A stretch of 64,000 nucleotides of DNA from Candidatus Heimdallarchaeota archaeon (lineage in GTDB: Archaea; Asgardarchaeota; Heimdallarchaeia; Hodarchaeales; Hodarchaeaceae), in the NCBI GenBank assembly GCA_020353515.1, contig CP070695.1, forward strand, positions 1,797,435-1,861,434. Reading direction: 5' to 3'. Every line of letters begins with the position of its first letter. The first letter of the stretch is position 1. Below, piece after piece: positions 1 to 10,843 of the stretch. A program made the position numbers and the translations under genes. The notes beneath the pieces are model-generated. The model was not told where the DNA came from. It did no database searches and saw only the letters and a list, made by a program, of their open reading frames with translations.

Positions 1-2469
1 CTCTCCTTTGGATCGGGGTGTGGAATATACGTCCCTTATAGTGCTTATAATAAAATAGTTAACAATACCATTAGAGATGTAAATACACATGGAATCCTGA
101 TTGGTGAAATCAGTCACGGGAATGATGTAATAAACAATACCATTTCCAATGCTGGGGCGCACGGGGTGGTTGTATTTCACTATACTGGTGCCACTACTAT
201 CACAGGGAACAATATTACGGATGTAGGAGGTAGAGGTATCACGATAGAAAGTGTATGTAATGATGCTATTATTACAAATAACACAATAACAAACGCTGGG
301 CAGCAAGGAATTTTCCTATGGAATGGTGATCGAGCAACTGTTTCTCGAAATATCGTTTATAACAGTACGGGTTACGGGATTGAACTACATACTGAAAGTA
401 ATGACGATGAAGTCATTTGGAATTCTTTTATCCAAAACAATGAGAGTGGGACTCAAGCGTATGATAACGGGACAAATAATATATTTTCCTACAATTACTG
501 GGACGATTGGACTAGTCCAGACAATGACAACGACGGTTTCATTGATAATCCCTTTGTTATTACTGGTCCAGCCAACAACGCTGATCCCTTACCCAGAACA
601 GATAGTACCCCAAGACCCCAGAGTATCGTAATCAATGGGCCAAACGATTTTGCTATACCGTATGGAAAACCAGGGTACAGTCTGACATGGACAGTTACCG
701 TGACGTATCATGAGAGTTATACCGTGTACCGAAATGGAACCATCATTACCATGGGAAGCCGAGGTTTCGGCAATTGGACAGATACTATCTTAATCTCTCT
801 TGATGGACTTGCTGCTGGACTGCACAACTTCACCTTGATCATTCTCGACAGTTATAGTATGAATGAGACTCATACAGTCTGGGTAACCGTGAAAGAGCCT
901 GATGTCACACCTCCTACGATTAATTCACCTGATGATCTGTCTTTTGAAGAGGGGAGTATAGGTTATTCCATTACCTGGGTAGGCAGTGATGAACACCCCT
1001 GGCGAGCAGTGATTTTACTCAACAATACACCAGTTTATAACGAGTCTTGGGCAGGTGAGAACATTATAGCTCGCCTAGATCCTATTGATCTATACCCTCA
1101 AGCATTAACTGCTGGGGTACATAACTTTACTTGTATCCTCTACGATTGGGAAGGAAGACAGACAAAGGATTCGGTTTTAGTTGTCATTAATCCCCATGTC
1201 CCTGATATCATTCCACCAATTATTACTGCGCCAGACCCCCTTGAGTACGTTGAAGGAACAGTTGGTAATTATCTCACATGGAACGCCAGTGATGACCACC
1301 CCAAGGTGTACGAATGGTTCGTTAATGAGACCAAAATAGGCTATTATCCCTGGCATGGTGGAGAGTTTAACATCTCTGTAGATTATATTTCAGTTGGAAC
1401 ATGGAATATTACGGTCACTGTTTTTGATTTATCTGGAAACAACGCGACAGCTAGTACAGTTATCATAGTTATTCCTATCCCGCCCGATGAGACCCCACCG
1501 TCAGTTTCGAGTCCAGCACCCCTTGAAATCTATGAGAACAGCGTTAGAAGCATTGTTTGGGAAGTATCAGATGATTATCCCTATCAGTATGTTATCTATA
1601 GGAATTCAAGTACAGTTGTCAAGCAAGGTTACTGGACGACTGGAATCATTCAGTACTCACTTTCAAACCTGACAGTGAACACCTGGGAATTCAATTTAAC
1701 CGTCTGGGACGAGTCAGGAAATTGGAATTCTAGTACAGTAATAGTTGTTGTTTTACCAGGGGGGGAGACTGAATCCGCTGCCCCTGTAATTGCACAAATG
1801 CCTGATATGTCTATCCAATTTGGGACATCAGGAAACTCTGCAACTTTTCGAGTATTTGATGAGCATCCAGGATACGTTGAAGTGTACCTAAACAATTTAA
1901 TGATTTCCCACTTACCTTGGATTGATCCTAATCAGAAAGTCATGGTATCATTAGACGGTCTGGTAATTGGCACACATAACCTAACGTTGGTCGCGTGGGA
2001 TATCTTTGGTAACTCAGCATCCAGAAGTATCACAGTTCAGATCACAGGAGACAATGACCCACCAGTTCTTTCTTCTCCAGATTCTATTTCTGTTTCGAGC
2101 TCTGAAAGTGCAAGTATTACTTGGACGACTTCTGACGAAAACTTAGCATATTACGAAATTTTTGTAGTGTATATAAATGGGACGGAGGAGGAATTACAAA
2201 CAGATGCGCTCACTGGGAAGACTTCAGAGGACATCGAGTTTACTTTTACAGAATTTCCAGAAGGAGAATATACAATTCGGCTGATCGTTTACGATACAGC
2301 AGGACACCGAGTAATTGATGATGTTTTAGTAATTGTGAAGCCATCTAAAGGACAATCTTCACCAGGGTTTGAACTTTTACCATTCATGATTATCCTACTT
2401 ATGTATACAATTTCGCGTAAACCAAGAAGGAAAAGAGACCAAGATCAGCTTAGGAGGAACAAACTATGA
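1..2469 (+). CDS. Cell-surface protein: NosD/PbH1 beta-helix + about 6 Ig-like repeats + PGF-CTERM-like anchor (5' truncated by window)
   Basis: Frame is open from base 1 (LSFGSGCGIYVPYSAYNKIVNNTIRD...), so the start lies upstream. GI-x-x...NN-x-I repeats, SYNYWDDW...D-x-x-P NosD tail, repeated D-x-x-PP-x-I-x-x-P modules, C-terminus SSPGF + hydrophobic helix + RKPRRKR. Confidence 0.85.
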   Translation, partial: LSFGSGCGIYVPYSAYNKIVNNTIRDVNTHGILIGEISHGNDVINNTISNAGAHGVVVFHYTGATTITGNNITDVGGRGITIESVCNDAIITNNTITNAGQQGIFLWNGDRATVSRNIVYNSTGYGIELHTESNDDEVIWNSFIQNNESGTQAYDNGTNNIFSYNYWDDWTSPDNDNDGFIDNPFVITGPANNADPLPRTDSTPRPQSIVINGPNDFAIPYGKPGYSLTWTVTVTYHESYTVYRNGTIITMGSRGFGNWTDTILISLDGLAAGLHNFTLIILDSYSMNETHTVWVTVKEPDVTPPTINSPDDLSFEEGSIGYSITWVGSDEHPWRAVILLNNTPVYNESWAGENIIARLDPIDLYPQALTAGVHNFTCILYDWEGRQTKDSVLVVINPHVPDIIPPIITAPDPLEYVEGTVGNYLTWNASDDHPKVYEWFVNETKIGYYPWHGGEFNISVDYISVGTWNITVTVFDLSGNNATASTVIIVIPIPPDETPPSVSSPAPLEIYENSVRSIVWEVSDDYPYQYVIYRNSSTVVKQGYWTTGIIQYSLSNLTVNTWEFNLTVWDESGNWNSSTVIVVVLPGGETESAAPVIAQMPDMSIQFGTSGNSATFRVFDEHPGYVEVYLNNLMISHLPWIDPNQKVMVSLDGLVIGTHNLTLVAWDIFGNSASRSITVQITGDNDPPVLSSPDSISVSSSESASITWTTSDENLAYYEIFVVYINGTEEELQTDALTGKTSEDIEFTFTEFPEGEYTIRLIVYDTAGHRVIDDVLVIVKPSKGQSSPGFELLPFMIILLMYTISRKPRRKRDQDQLRRNKL

Positions 2470-5400
2470 AAAAATTAAATCATTTTTACTTATTAGGCGT
2501 TCGAAGCATAAAATTTTTATTTGTGGTAGTCTTTATTAGTGTTATTACGATTCCTTCCATTACTACAGGGCATCTCACCCTCCTAGCATTACAGACATCG
2601 CCTTATGTAACAAACCAAGGAATAGATGATGTCAAAATAGATAAACTTGTTGAACAAGACCTGGATTCAAACCTCCTTTCTTCCGTTCAGTCGCAGCTGC
2701 CTGATCTTTCCTTCCTTGAGAACGATTTATTAGAAAAGAACATATCTCAGGATTGGATGGACATTATGCTGGAGCCTAAGACAACCCCGTACGATTTTGG
2801 ATCTTCAACAGAAACAGAGTCATCTACTGTCGTACTGGATAAGACGGACTCCATGATTAAGACCCAAACCACTTACACGGATGATAGTGTTCTCACAAGC
2901 ACGAAAATGATGGTCGGTACTCCGAAAATAAAGATAACTGAATGTGATGCAGGTGAACTGGATGATCTAGTTATACCAATCATTCGTGAGAAGAAAAGTG
3001 TGAATACGGAAAGCGAATCAAGTTCAATACGCACTGTGAAGAAAGAAGTGGATATTGGCTTTGAATCGTCTGCTATTTGGTACGAATATCACCAACTCCT
3101 CTGGCTTGAAGAAGAAAGAAGAGGTTGGCCAAATCCTTGGGCCGATTGGTATTTTCCATTATATGAATCGCTTGGTAATGAGACAGCCCGCAGAGAGAGG
3201 GATCAAAGAACATACCACTTCATGAAATTGGCTTGTTGGTATAATATTATATTCAAGTTGAATTTCAAACTTGAAGTTGAGATCTCGTATCCCGAGGAGT
3301 GTTTTATTGATCATCCATACGAGCTGAAAGTAGCCATTCGCCCGCTTGTAGGAACCTTATCATTAAGACTTGTTCCACTAACTGATTTCAAAGTATTTCA
3401 TTATTTATGGGAGGAAACCTATAGAGAAGTGGATGAATACGATGAATTCATGGATTGGGTACTTGGAAACAAAGCCATACGCCTTTGTTGGGGGTGGACC
3501 CTTGTTGATATGTTATTTCTTAAGACGGATGAAGCGTTTATCGAAGGAGATTTTTGGACACCACTAGGTGATCAACCAGGTCTTCTTAGATCAAGGTACA
3601 TAAATTGGAACAGTTTTGGTCATGAATTGACAACTCATCGCAATGTCTTGAGTTGGGGTCAATTTGGATGGGATCAAGGACTCTACACATTGTGGGAGAA
3701 TCGTTTCACACAAGCAGGCGGGTATCATCACCTGGCGAAACCAGATACAGTCACTCCACGAAACACTTATTCCTACTTCCCTATTGCAAAAATGGCTCCT
3801 ATAAACGAGAAGCCACAATTAATAGATTGGATACGACTCGATGCACTCGACGCAGTATTATTCTGCGATAGAGTAACAGCTAGACTTACTGTTTCTGCTG
3901 ATTCGTGGCAGGATAGTCGGTTGATGGCTTGGGGGGAAGAACATAGTCAGGATCCATCTTGTCAGACAGCGAAAAGTGGACTAATTAGTGATCTTTCTGA
4001 TGGTGTATTTTCTGATTGGCACCATGAGGATACGTTACTATATGATTTTAGGTATGGTCTTAATGGCGAGGACTATAACAGTTTGAAGTTCATACTTCCC
4101 TCTCATATGTCAGGTTCTAGCGTTCGTTTTTCTGTATCAGAGCTAGCTTACTGCCTGGAAAGTCTTACTTTCAATCCGAAAATGCATATACAAGCCCTAG
4201 GTTATCATCTCAATGAGGGTTGGGATTATTCTCACTTGATTCCTGACCCAGAAAGTTATTGGGGACCAACAAAATATGGGCTCCTACCAAAACGCAAGCT
4301 CCCCATCGACACCCTTGTTCCTTACTCTCCACCTAGCTGGACAGTAGGCTCTGTATTCTATCAATTATGGTTTTATAATCGGTGGAGCACTTATCCACTG
4401 CTTTCTTCCACATTTCACTACTCTACTGGAACTTCTGCTCCAGTACGTGATGCAAACTACGATTTTGACATGACAATCACCTCCTTAAATGAATCCAGTT
4501 TAAGTGCCCGAGACCACGCTTATTCTGTTGACCTCACTTCATTAGGTAACAATGAAGATTTCATTGAACTCCAAGTGATAAATCTCCCCTTAGGATTCAC
4601 CGCTTCCTTTGACAGGTATCCTGCAGCTTATGACATCAGTCCATCAAGAAAAAACACTGCATTTCTGACAATACACGCGCCTGACTACCCCTCTGTACCG
4701 CCCAATCCCCTTAGTTTCTCCTTGGTCGCTAGAAGTCAAGGAAAATCTTTGACGAAAGATTATCCTATCTCTATCACGCGAAATGTGGTGTACACACCCC
4801 CTGTGACATATGGTTTGGATTTCAATTTTGATATGCCTGATGGAGAGGTGATTTCAGTTTCCCCAGGTGAAGTCTTTTCACTAGGATTCTCTGGTATAAA
4901 TCTAGGGAATGTTCCTGACAATTTCACTGTCCAAGGGGTGTTACAGGGTGTTGAGGGTACAACCCGAGAGTGGAAATCGAATTTTTCTGTGGATCGCTTC
5001 AATACTGCTGGTCAGTCTTTTACGGGCGTTTTTAATCTTACTTACCATCCAACAGACTATTTTCCTCTACCTGGAGCCTATACTTTGGATATAAATGCCA
5101 CCAGTGAAAATGATCCATCAATCCAACAATTAACTACCCACACAATCGAATTCTTACCTTTTTTCAATGTGTCATCGACATTAACCCCAAATACTAGTAC
5201 ATTATTAGCAAATTATGAACAAGAGTTTGTTCTTTCTGTGACAAATACAGGAAATATAATGGATAATTATTCGATTTCTGTGGATGGTTGGACAGACTTC
5301 TTATCACTTGAAGAGACTCATATCGATAACCTCTATCATGAAAACACCCACAACATTGTTGCACGGCTGTCTATCCCTGACCCAACTATTGTTCCGGTTC

Positions 5401-7676
5401 AGGAGTATGTATTCCGAATAATCATTCGTTCCGAGGGAGATTCACAAGTTTATTCTATGCATGAAGTAACGGTCAATGTTCTAGAACCTGATTTGACGCC
5501 TCCTGGTATCAGTCCCCAGGAGTATAACGGGTGCACTATTGTGTATCCACGAGAAGAGGAATTTTGGACCATGAACTTAGGACCCTCCTGGATACCAATT
5601 GATGCCAACCCAGATTCTTATTGGGTTTTTGTAAATGGAACCCTTAGGCGTAGTGACAGTTGGGTTAGTGGAGAAAGGATTCATGTAATAATGAAGGACA
5701 ATGTTGGAGTAACTTGGGTGCCAGGGCTTTACAATGTGACTGTTGTTTTCAGCGATACAACTGGAAATGAAAAGAAGGACATGGTCTGGGTTCAAATTGA
5801 CCCAACAGACTATGATCCACCGATTATTGCCCCATCAATCCAGCTTGTGTGGCATGATAATTTTCATCCAACTGCGTATGTATTGGCAACAGGTAATAAT
5901 TTTGCTCTCCCTGTGAACTGGAACAACACTCTGGCGTTCAATTGGCAATTTACCGAAGCTTATCCTTTGAACGTAACCCTATTTTTAGATGGAACAGCTA
6001 TCCCACAGAGCGAGTGCATTATTTGGCGTGATTCTAATAGTAGTTTAAACACATGGAACGCAACCTATATCCTATCACCTAAATCTCTAACAGAAGCGAC
6101 CTGGAATTTCACACTTACTGTTTCTGACATGAGTGGGTTCAGTGTGTCATCAACTTTACTTCTCGACATCGGTAGTGCTGATACGAATGATCCTGTTCTT
6201 CTTACTTCTCCTGGATCTAGTGCTATTCAAGGACACGGTGAAACAGTCGCCTTCACGGCAACTGATCCCTATCCACTTTACTGGGAGGTTGTGGTTAATA
6301 AAAAGGCTCAACTGGCTGGTACATGGAGTGCTACCATCCCCGCTAACATATCTGTGGATGGGTTGAAATTGAAAATAGGTGAAAATCCTGTGGAATTACA
6401 TATCTACGACATTGCGGGGAATTTTTACAACCATTCGTGGAATCTAACTTATATAGATGTTGATTTTCCCCAGATCAAAAGCACCCCAAGTGATATGGTA
6501 GTGTTTGAACATAACAGCTCGTGGGTCCAGCGCCCCATCTGGATCGTTGAAGACGCAAATCCAGATAAATATTCCATCTACATGAATGAAGAGCTACTGT
6601 ACAACGGAACTTGGTCCACATTTAACAATACAGTGACTCTCCCTATCGACCACTTACGCAAGGGAACCTATGAATTTCGAGCTGTGTTTACCGACTCAAG
6701 TGATAATGAAAACAGTAGCTCTTTCGTTCTCACTGTTGAAGATATCATTCCTCCCGCAATCGTTCCGCTTGAGTCAATTATTTATGAACAGTTTCATACC
6801 CCAAACTGGTTTGAATACATTATCGATGAAAGTAATCCTAATTCCTACCAACTTTACCGAAATGGGATCCTTATTGACGAAGGAGCTATTCTACCTCACT
6901 TTAAAGTTGTTCTTGTCGACCTCAACTACATTCCTGAGGGTGATTATAATTTCACGTTGAGAATGACTGATGAGTCGGGGAATGTAGGAATTGGATCAGT
7001 TGATGTTACAGTACTCGATTATTCTCCCCCAGTTATTGAAGGACCACCTCTAGTGGTCATATCGGAAGGCACTCCGCTCTTGTGGACAATCAATGAATTA
7101 AATCCAAAGGCGTATTCGCTGTACCGTAACGGGGGTCTTGTGGTTTCAGGATCCCTAACCAATCAACTAGTTAATATCACCTATAATACTGGGGATCTTG
7201 ATCTTGGTACTTATGAATTTATCCTTGTAGTTGAGGATCAACATGGTCTCACCCGAAGTCTGACGACTTTCGTCCATGTGGTTGACATCACCTCCCCTCA
7301 AATCTCAAGTGTTGGGGAGTATACAGCAGAATTAGGAGATTCAAACGCTTATGTGACATGGAATGTAATAGAAAAGCACCCATCTTACTACCAGATCCAA
7401 GTGGATGGGGTTACCCAACAAGAGGGGCAATGGAGTGGCGACACCATTGAACTTCCCCTTGTTGGTTGGGCTGAGGGAACCTATACTGTCAAGCTGATTG
7501 TCACAGATTCTTCTGGTAATTCTGCCTGGGATGAGGTAACAGTCACCGTGGTAGACTCTCGGAAATTGTTATCCACTGTTTCTGTTTCTGGGTCAGGTTG
7601 GTCAGCACTTTTAGTTCTCGTATCCCTGATTTGTCTCGCCAGTGTTATCTCCAGGTGCCGCTTTAAAAAAGGATAA
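2466..7676 (+). CDS. 1736-aa surface protein: signal/TM, unknown Trp-rich domain, about 3 N-x-GN-x-x-D beta-sandwich modules, about 7 Ig-like repeats, C-terminal anchor
   Basis: Hydrophobic N-terminus; repeats beginning DLTPP, DYDPP, DTNDP, DVDFP, DIIPP, DYSPP, DITSP; C-terminus GWSALLVLVSLICLASVISRCRFKKG; ATGA overlap with upstream gene. Confidence 0.8.
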   Translation: MKKLNHFYLLGVRSIKFLFVVVFISVITIPSITTGHLTLLALQTSPYVTNQGIDDVKIDKLVEQDLDSNLLSSVQSQLPDLSFLENDLLEKNISQDWMDIMLEPKTTPYDFGSSTETESSTVVLDKTDSMIKTQTTYTDDSVLTSTKMMVGTPKIKITECDAGELDDLVIPIIREKKSVNTESESSSIRTVKKEVDIGFESSAIWYEYHQLLWLEEERRGWPNPWADWYFPLYESLGNETARRERDQRTYHFMKLACWYNIIFKLNFKLEVEISYPEECFIDHPYELKVAIRPLVGTLSLRLVPLTDFKVFHYLWEETYREVDEYDEFMDWVLGNKAIRLCWGWTLVDMLFLKTDEAFIEGDFWTPLGDQPGLLRSRYINWNSFGHELTTHRNVLSWGQFGWDQGLYTLWENRFTQAGGYHHLAKPDTVTPRNTYSYFPIAKMAPINEKPQLIDWIRLDALDAVLFCDRVTARLTVSADSWQDSRLMAWGEEHSQDPSCQTAKSGLISDLSDGVFSDWHHEDTLLYDFRYGLNGEDYNSLKFILPSHMSGSSVRFSVSELAYCLESLTFNPKMHIQALGYHLNEGWDYSHLIPDPESYWGPTKYGLLPKRKLPIDTLVPYSPPSWTVGSVFYQLWFYNRWSTYPLLSSTFHYSTGTSAPVRDANYDFDMTITSLNESSLSARDHAYSVDLTSLGNNEDFIELQVINLPLGFTASFDRYPAAYDISPSRKNTAFLTIHAPDYPSVPPNPLSFSLVARSQGKSLTKDYPISITRNVVYTPPVTYGLDFNFDMPDGEVISVSPGEVFSLGFSGINLGNVPDNFTVQGVLQGVEGTTREWKSNFSVDRFNTAGQSFTGVFNLTYHPTDYFPLPGAYTLDINATSENDPSIQQLTTHTIEFLPFFNVSSTLTPNTSTLLANYEQEFVLSVTNTGNIMDNYSISVDGWTDFLSLEETHIDNLYHENTHNIVARLSIPDPTIVPVQEYVFRIIIRSEGDSQVYSMHEVTVNVLEPDLTPPGISPQEYNGCTIVYPREEEFWTMNLGPSWIPIDANPDSYWVFVNGTLRRSDSWVSGERIHVIMKDNVGVTWVPGLYNVTVVFSDTTGNEKKDMVWVQIDPTDYDPPIIAPSIQLVWHDNFHPTAYVLATGNNFALPVNWNNTLAFNWQFTEAYPLNVTLFLDGTAIPQSECIIWRDSNSSLNTWNATYILSPKSLTEATWNFTLTVSDMSGFSVSSTLLLDIGSADTNDPVLLTSPGSSAIQGHGETVAFTATDPYPLYWEVVVNKKAQLAGTWSATIPANISVDGLKLKIGENPVELHIYDIAGNFYNHSWNLTYIDVDFPQIKSTPSDMVVFEHNSSWVQRPIWIVEDANPDKYSIYMNEELLYNGTWSTFNNTVTLPIDHLRKGTYEFRAVFTDSSDNENSSSFVLTVEDIIPPAIVPLESIIYEQFHTPNWFEYIIDESNPNSYQLYRNGILIDEGAILPHFKVVLVDLNYIPEGDYNFTLRMTDESGNVGIGSVDVTVLDYSPPVIEGPPLVVISEGTPLLWTINELNPKAYSLYRNGGLVVSGSLTNQLVNITYNTGDLDLGTYEFILVVEDQHGLTRSLTTFVHVVDITSPQISSVGEYTAELGDSNAYVTWNVIEKHPSYYQIQVDGVTQQEGQWSGDTIELPLVGWAEGTYTVKLIVTDSSGNSAWDEVTVTVVDSRKLLSTVSVSGSGWSALLVLVSLICLASVISRCRFKKG

Positions 7677-7719
7677 GAAGTACAAATATATTCCCCATTT
7701 ATTACAATGGCCCTTGAGT

Positions 7720-8535
7720 TCAAGTTTTCGAGAACCCACCATGATGGAATTCGATACTATAGCTAAGTTTCATCTTTTCACAATAATCTCGAATCTCTGA
7801 TTCTACTACATCCCAATAGGTTCTATCCTTGCGAATTTCTTGGTATATAGGCAACAATGTAGGGTAATTTTCTTTAATAATATTCAGAATTCTTGGAATA
7901 TTATGTGGTCTGAAATTTAAATTCTCAAACATATATCTGTGAGTATAACCAACTGTTTCTTCTATGATTGCACGATAGTCAGTGATCTCTGGGAAAAATG
8001 GAGAAACAAAAGTATATGTTGGTATTCCTGCTTCTGAAACATTTTTGATTGCCTCTAACCGATCTGAAGGTTTTGAGGCGCCCCGCTCAATTTTTCTTGC
8101 AAAAGTCGCATCCAATGTGCTTATTGAAATTCCAACTTCAATATTTTTAAATTTCTTGAACAGATCAATATCTCTAGTGACTAACTTGGATTTTGTAAGA
8201 ACAGAGATAACTGCATCGGTTCCAACAAGTCTTTCTAAAATTCGACGAGTATTTTGATACTTTTTTTCGAGAGGTAAATAAGGATCTGTCACAGAACTCA
8301 GTAAAATCCTCTTTCCATGATATTTCTCTGGTTTAATCTTAGCAGCATTAAACTCCTTTATGTCTAGAAATTCCCCCCACTTATCACCTTTGTGGCCAGT
8401 AAATCTGATCATAAATTCAGCGTAACAATAAATACATCCGTGTTGGCAACCAGTATAAGGATTTATGACGTAATCGACTGAAGGAATATTACTTTTAGTG
8501 ATTATACTCTTGGCTTCACGAAAATTAATTTTCAA
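7720..8535 (-). CDS. Radical SAM protein, SplB/Rv2578c-like family
   Basis: INPYTGCQHGCIYCYA (CxxxCxxC), SSVTDPY, LTKS motifs. Confidence 0.85.
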   Translation of the reverse strand: MKINFREAKSIITKSNIPSVDYVINPYTGCQHGCIYCYAEFMIRFTGHKGDKWGEFLDIKEFNAAKIKPEKYHGKRILLSSVTDPYLPLEKKYQNTRRILERLVGTDAVISVLTKSKLVTRDIDLFKKFKNIEVGISISTLDATFARKIERGASKPSDRLEAIKNVSEAGIPTYTFVSPFFPEITDYRAIIEETVGYTHRYMFENLNFRPHNIPRILNIIKENYPTLLPIYQEIRKDRTYWDVVESEIRDYCEKMKLSYSIEFHHGGFSKT

Positions 8536-8778
8536 TCTTGCCTTCTCTTGTTTTGCCTTTTTATAATCCAGAGAGTATTATTAAAATATTATTCTTTAAT
8601 CTCGCGAATAAAGATAAGAAATGGTTGTTTCTCAATTGGACTGACAGAGGATTAGAAGAAGCTTAAAGGATCAAAATAAAAAGTCTAGGTTTCTACTTTT
8701 TCCTTGTTTTCTTAGCTAGTCTTCTTTTTTATCATTTTTGTATCTATTCTTTAATTAAAGAAAAGAAGAATGGATTAA

Positions 8779-10065
8779 TCAAATCAATTCTCTCTTTTTT
8801 TTAAAATAAACTAAGATCCATAAACCTGGAAGAATGAATAAAGCATAAAAAGAACTTGTATTCATATCTGATGTTTTTGTTGTCAATGTTGAAGCGTTTG
8901 TAGTATCAGAAGTATTTGATTCTGGATTATAAGGTAATGTGGCTGGAATAAGGTAATCGGTGACCAATTTTTTATGACAATCCGCGATAGCACCTTCACC
9001 ATATTCAGCAATGATTGAGATGACAAATCCATATTCTCGGAGAACCAAAATCACTTTATTCGTATAGGCTCCAGCAGCATAAGTTGCTCCTTTTCCAAAT
9101 TCCTCTTCAGGAAGGATCCACCACTGATAACCAAAAAAATCATGAAATTGTGGTTGAGTAGACTCTTTAATCCATTCTTCTGATATTATCTGAGTTTCAT
9201 TCCAAGTACCATTATTAAAAACTAGATATCCGATACGAGCCATATCCCGTGTTGTCATTGTAATGCCATTTCCCCCATTGTGAATTCCTCCTGAACCTGT
9301 AGACCAATGACCGATATTTACACCTATAGGGTCAAAGAGATATTGATTTGCAAAATCTAATGGAGCTTTGTTTGTTGCTTTGTATAGGATAGCACTTAAC
9401 AAGTGAGAAGCAGCTGAACAAAAAGTAAATTGTTGACCTGGATCAGCATTCATAGGAAGGTCTAATGCGAACTGTACCCAATCTGAACTTGAAGTCCAGA
9501 CATTGAAATCATTCTCAGGGTCGCTATAAGGTGTTGATAGCTCATCATATTCAATACCTGCAGTGAAAGTTAAGAGGTGACGAATTGTGATTTCCTCCTT
9601 TCTTGGATCGGGGTTTTGCCATTCAGATGAATTAAAGTAATTTGATATAGGTACATCAACACTTTCAATAAATCCATTATCAATTGCAATCCCTATTAGG
9701 AGACCTATAATACCCTTAGTTACAGAATAAATTTTGTGTGTTTTATTTTCATCAAAATAAACCAAGTTCCATTCGTAAAGGATGTATCCATCAGTATTTG
9801 CTATCACTATTGAGTACGCTGGAATTGTTCCATTCTCGAGAGTTGATGTAAGTTGATCAAAATAAGTTGGATTTAAACCACATTCTTTAGGAGTAATATC
9901 TTTCCATTCATTGGTTGGCCAATGTTTATTCAATTCTTGAGCAGAGTTTGCTGAGGCTAGACAACAAATAATAGGAGAAAATAAAACAGTTTGGAAAAAT
10001 AATCCGAAAATGAGAAATATAAAGGCTTTCTTCATGATTCCTCTTTTAAACTGGAAAATTTTCAA
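8779..10065 (-). CDS. Secreted, membrane-anchored serine hydrolase (beta-lactamase class C/AmpC-like)
   Basis: SxxK (YSVTK), ITIRHLLTFTAG, PGQQF, TTRDMARIG, YQWW; signal peptide, Thr/Ser linker and C-terminal TM + KKKR. Start may be the ATG of MKKAF. Confidence 0.85.
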   Translation of the reverse strand: MKIFQFKRGIMKKAFIFLIFGLFFQTVLFSPIICCLASANSAQELNKHWPTNEWKDITPKECGLNPTYFDQLTSTLENGTIPAYSIVIANTDGYILYEWNLVYFDENKTHKIYSVTKGIIGLLIGIAIDNGFIESVDVPISNYFNSSEWQNPDPRKEEITIRHLLTFTAGIEYDELSTPYSDPENDFNVWTSSSDWVQFALDLPMNADPGQQFTFCSAASHLLSAILYKATNKAPLDFANQYLFDPIGVNIGHWSTGSGGIHNGGNGITMTTRDMARIGYLVFNNGTWNETQIISEEWIKESTQPQFHDFFGYQWWILPEEEFGKGATYAAGAYTNKVILVLREYGFVISIIAEYGEGAIADCHKKLVTDYLIPATLPYNPESNTSDTTNASTLTTKTSDMNTSSFYALFILPGLWILVYFKKKRELI

Positions 10066-10103
10066 TTTATAACATCCTACCAGTTAAACAGTTGAACGGT
10101 TAT

Positions 10104-10169
10104 ACGTTTCCACTTTCATGAATCGAAAAATACAATAAAGATAAAAACGTTTCCACTTTTTAGAAACGT
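10104..10169. promoter_or_regulatory. Candidate operator in divergent promoter (serine hydrolase / wHTH regulator)
   Basis: ACGTTTCCACTTT at 10104-10116 and 10147-10159; inverted repeat ACGTTTC-N9-GAAACGT at 10147-10169. Confidence 0.5.
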
Positions 10170-10803
10170 GATAATTTTTGAGTTGTTGGTAATTATGAAT
10201 AGAAGGGATTATTTTTTTGCTCAAAAAGATATAATTATTGGAACAATACGGTTTCTTCTGTACAAATATCGGAGATTAACAGCAAAAGAAATTCAAGTAA
10301 AGATAGGCTTAACACGACAAACAACTTACAATTATCTTAGTGATTTAGAATCACAGAAACTGGTAAAAATTGAATATGAGAGGGTGTCAAAGAAAAAAAA
10401 TGTAAAGGTGGCATATTATTCTAATACTCCTCAAGGCTTTCCAAAAGATGTGGAAAACTTACCTATAACAGAAAGACCAAGACATGCACAATTCTCACAT
10501 GAGGAGAGGATAAAACGAATTAATCGTATATTGGACATGAGTATAGCTGCAATTATCGAGACTAAAACAGCAATTAACAGAATGACAGAGGGGGAGTTTG
10601 ATGAGTATTATACGCGCATCCCTGGAGTTGACGGCTTTATAAATTTTCTAGTTTCACTTAATGACGAAGAATTTCGAGATTTTCAGATGAAAATGAAAGA
10701 AACATTTAATCAACTTTGGGCAAAGTATGAAAGTAATGAAGTTTCTGAAATTCCTTCACAGAATGTCTTTTTGATGAGTTTCTTTATTCATCCAGAAAAA
10801 TGA
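10168..10803 (+). CDS. Winged helix-turn-helix transcriptional regulator (ArsR-like)
   Basis: LTAKEIQVKIGLTRQTTYNYLSDLESQKLV helix-turn-helix; likely start ATG 10195. Confidence 0.7.
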   Translation: MIIFELLVIMNRRDYFFAQKDIIIGTIRFLLYKYRRLTAKEIQVKIGLTRQTTYNYLSDLESQKLVKIEYERVSKKKNVKVAYYSNTPQGFPKDVENLPITERPRHAQFSHEERIKRINRILDMSIAAIIETKTAINRMTEGEFDEYYTRIPGVDGFINFLVSLNDEEFRDFQMKMKETFNQLWAKYESNEVSEIPSQNVFLMSFFIHPEK

Positions 10804-10843
10804 ATGTTATAAGAATCAACTGAACTCAAGGAGGACACAAAGA

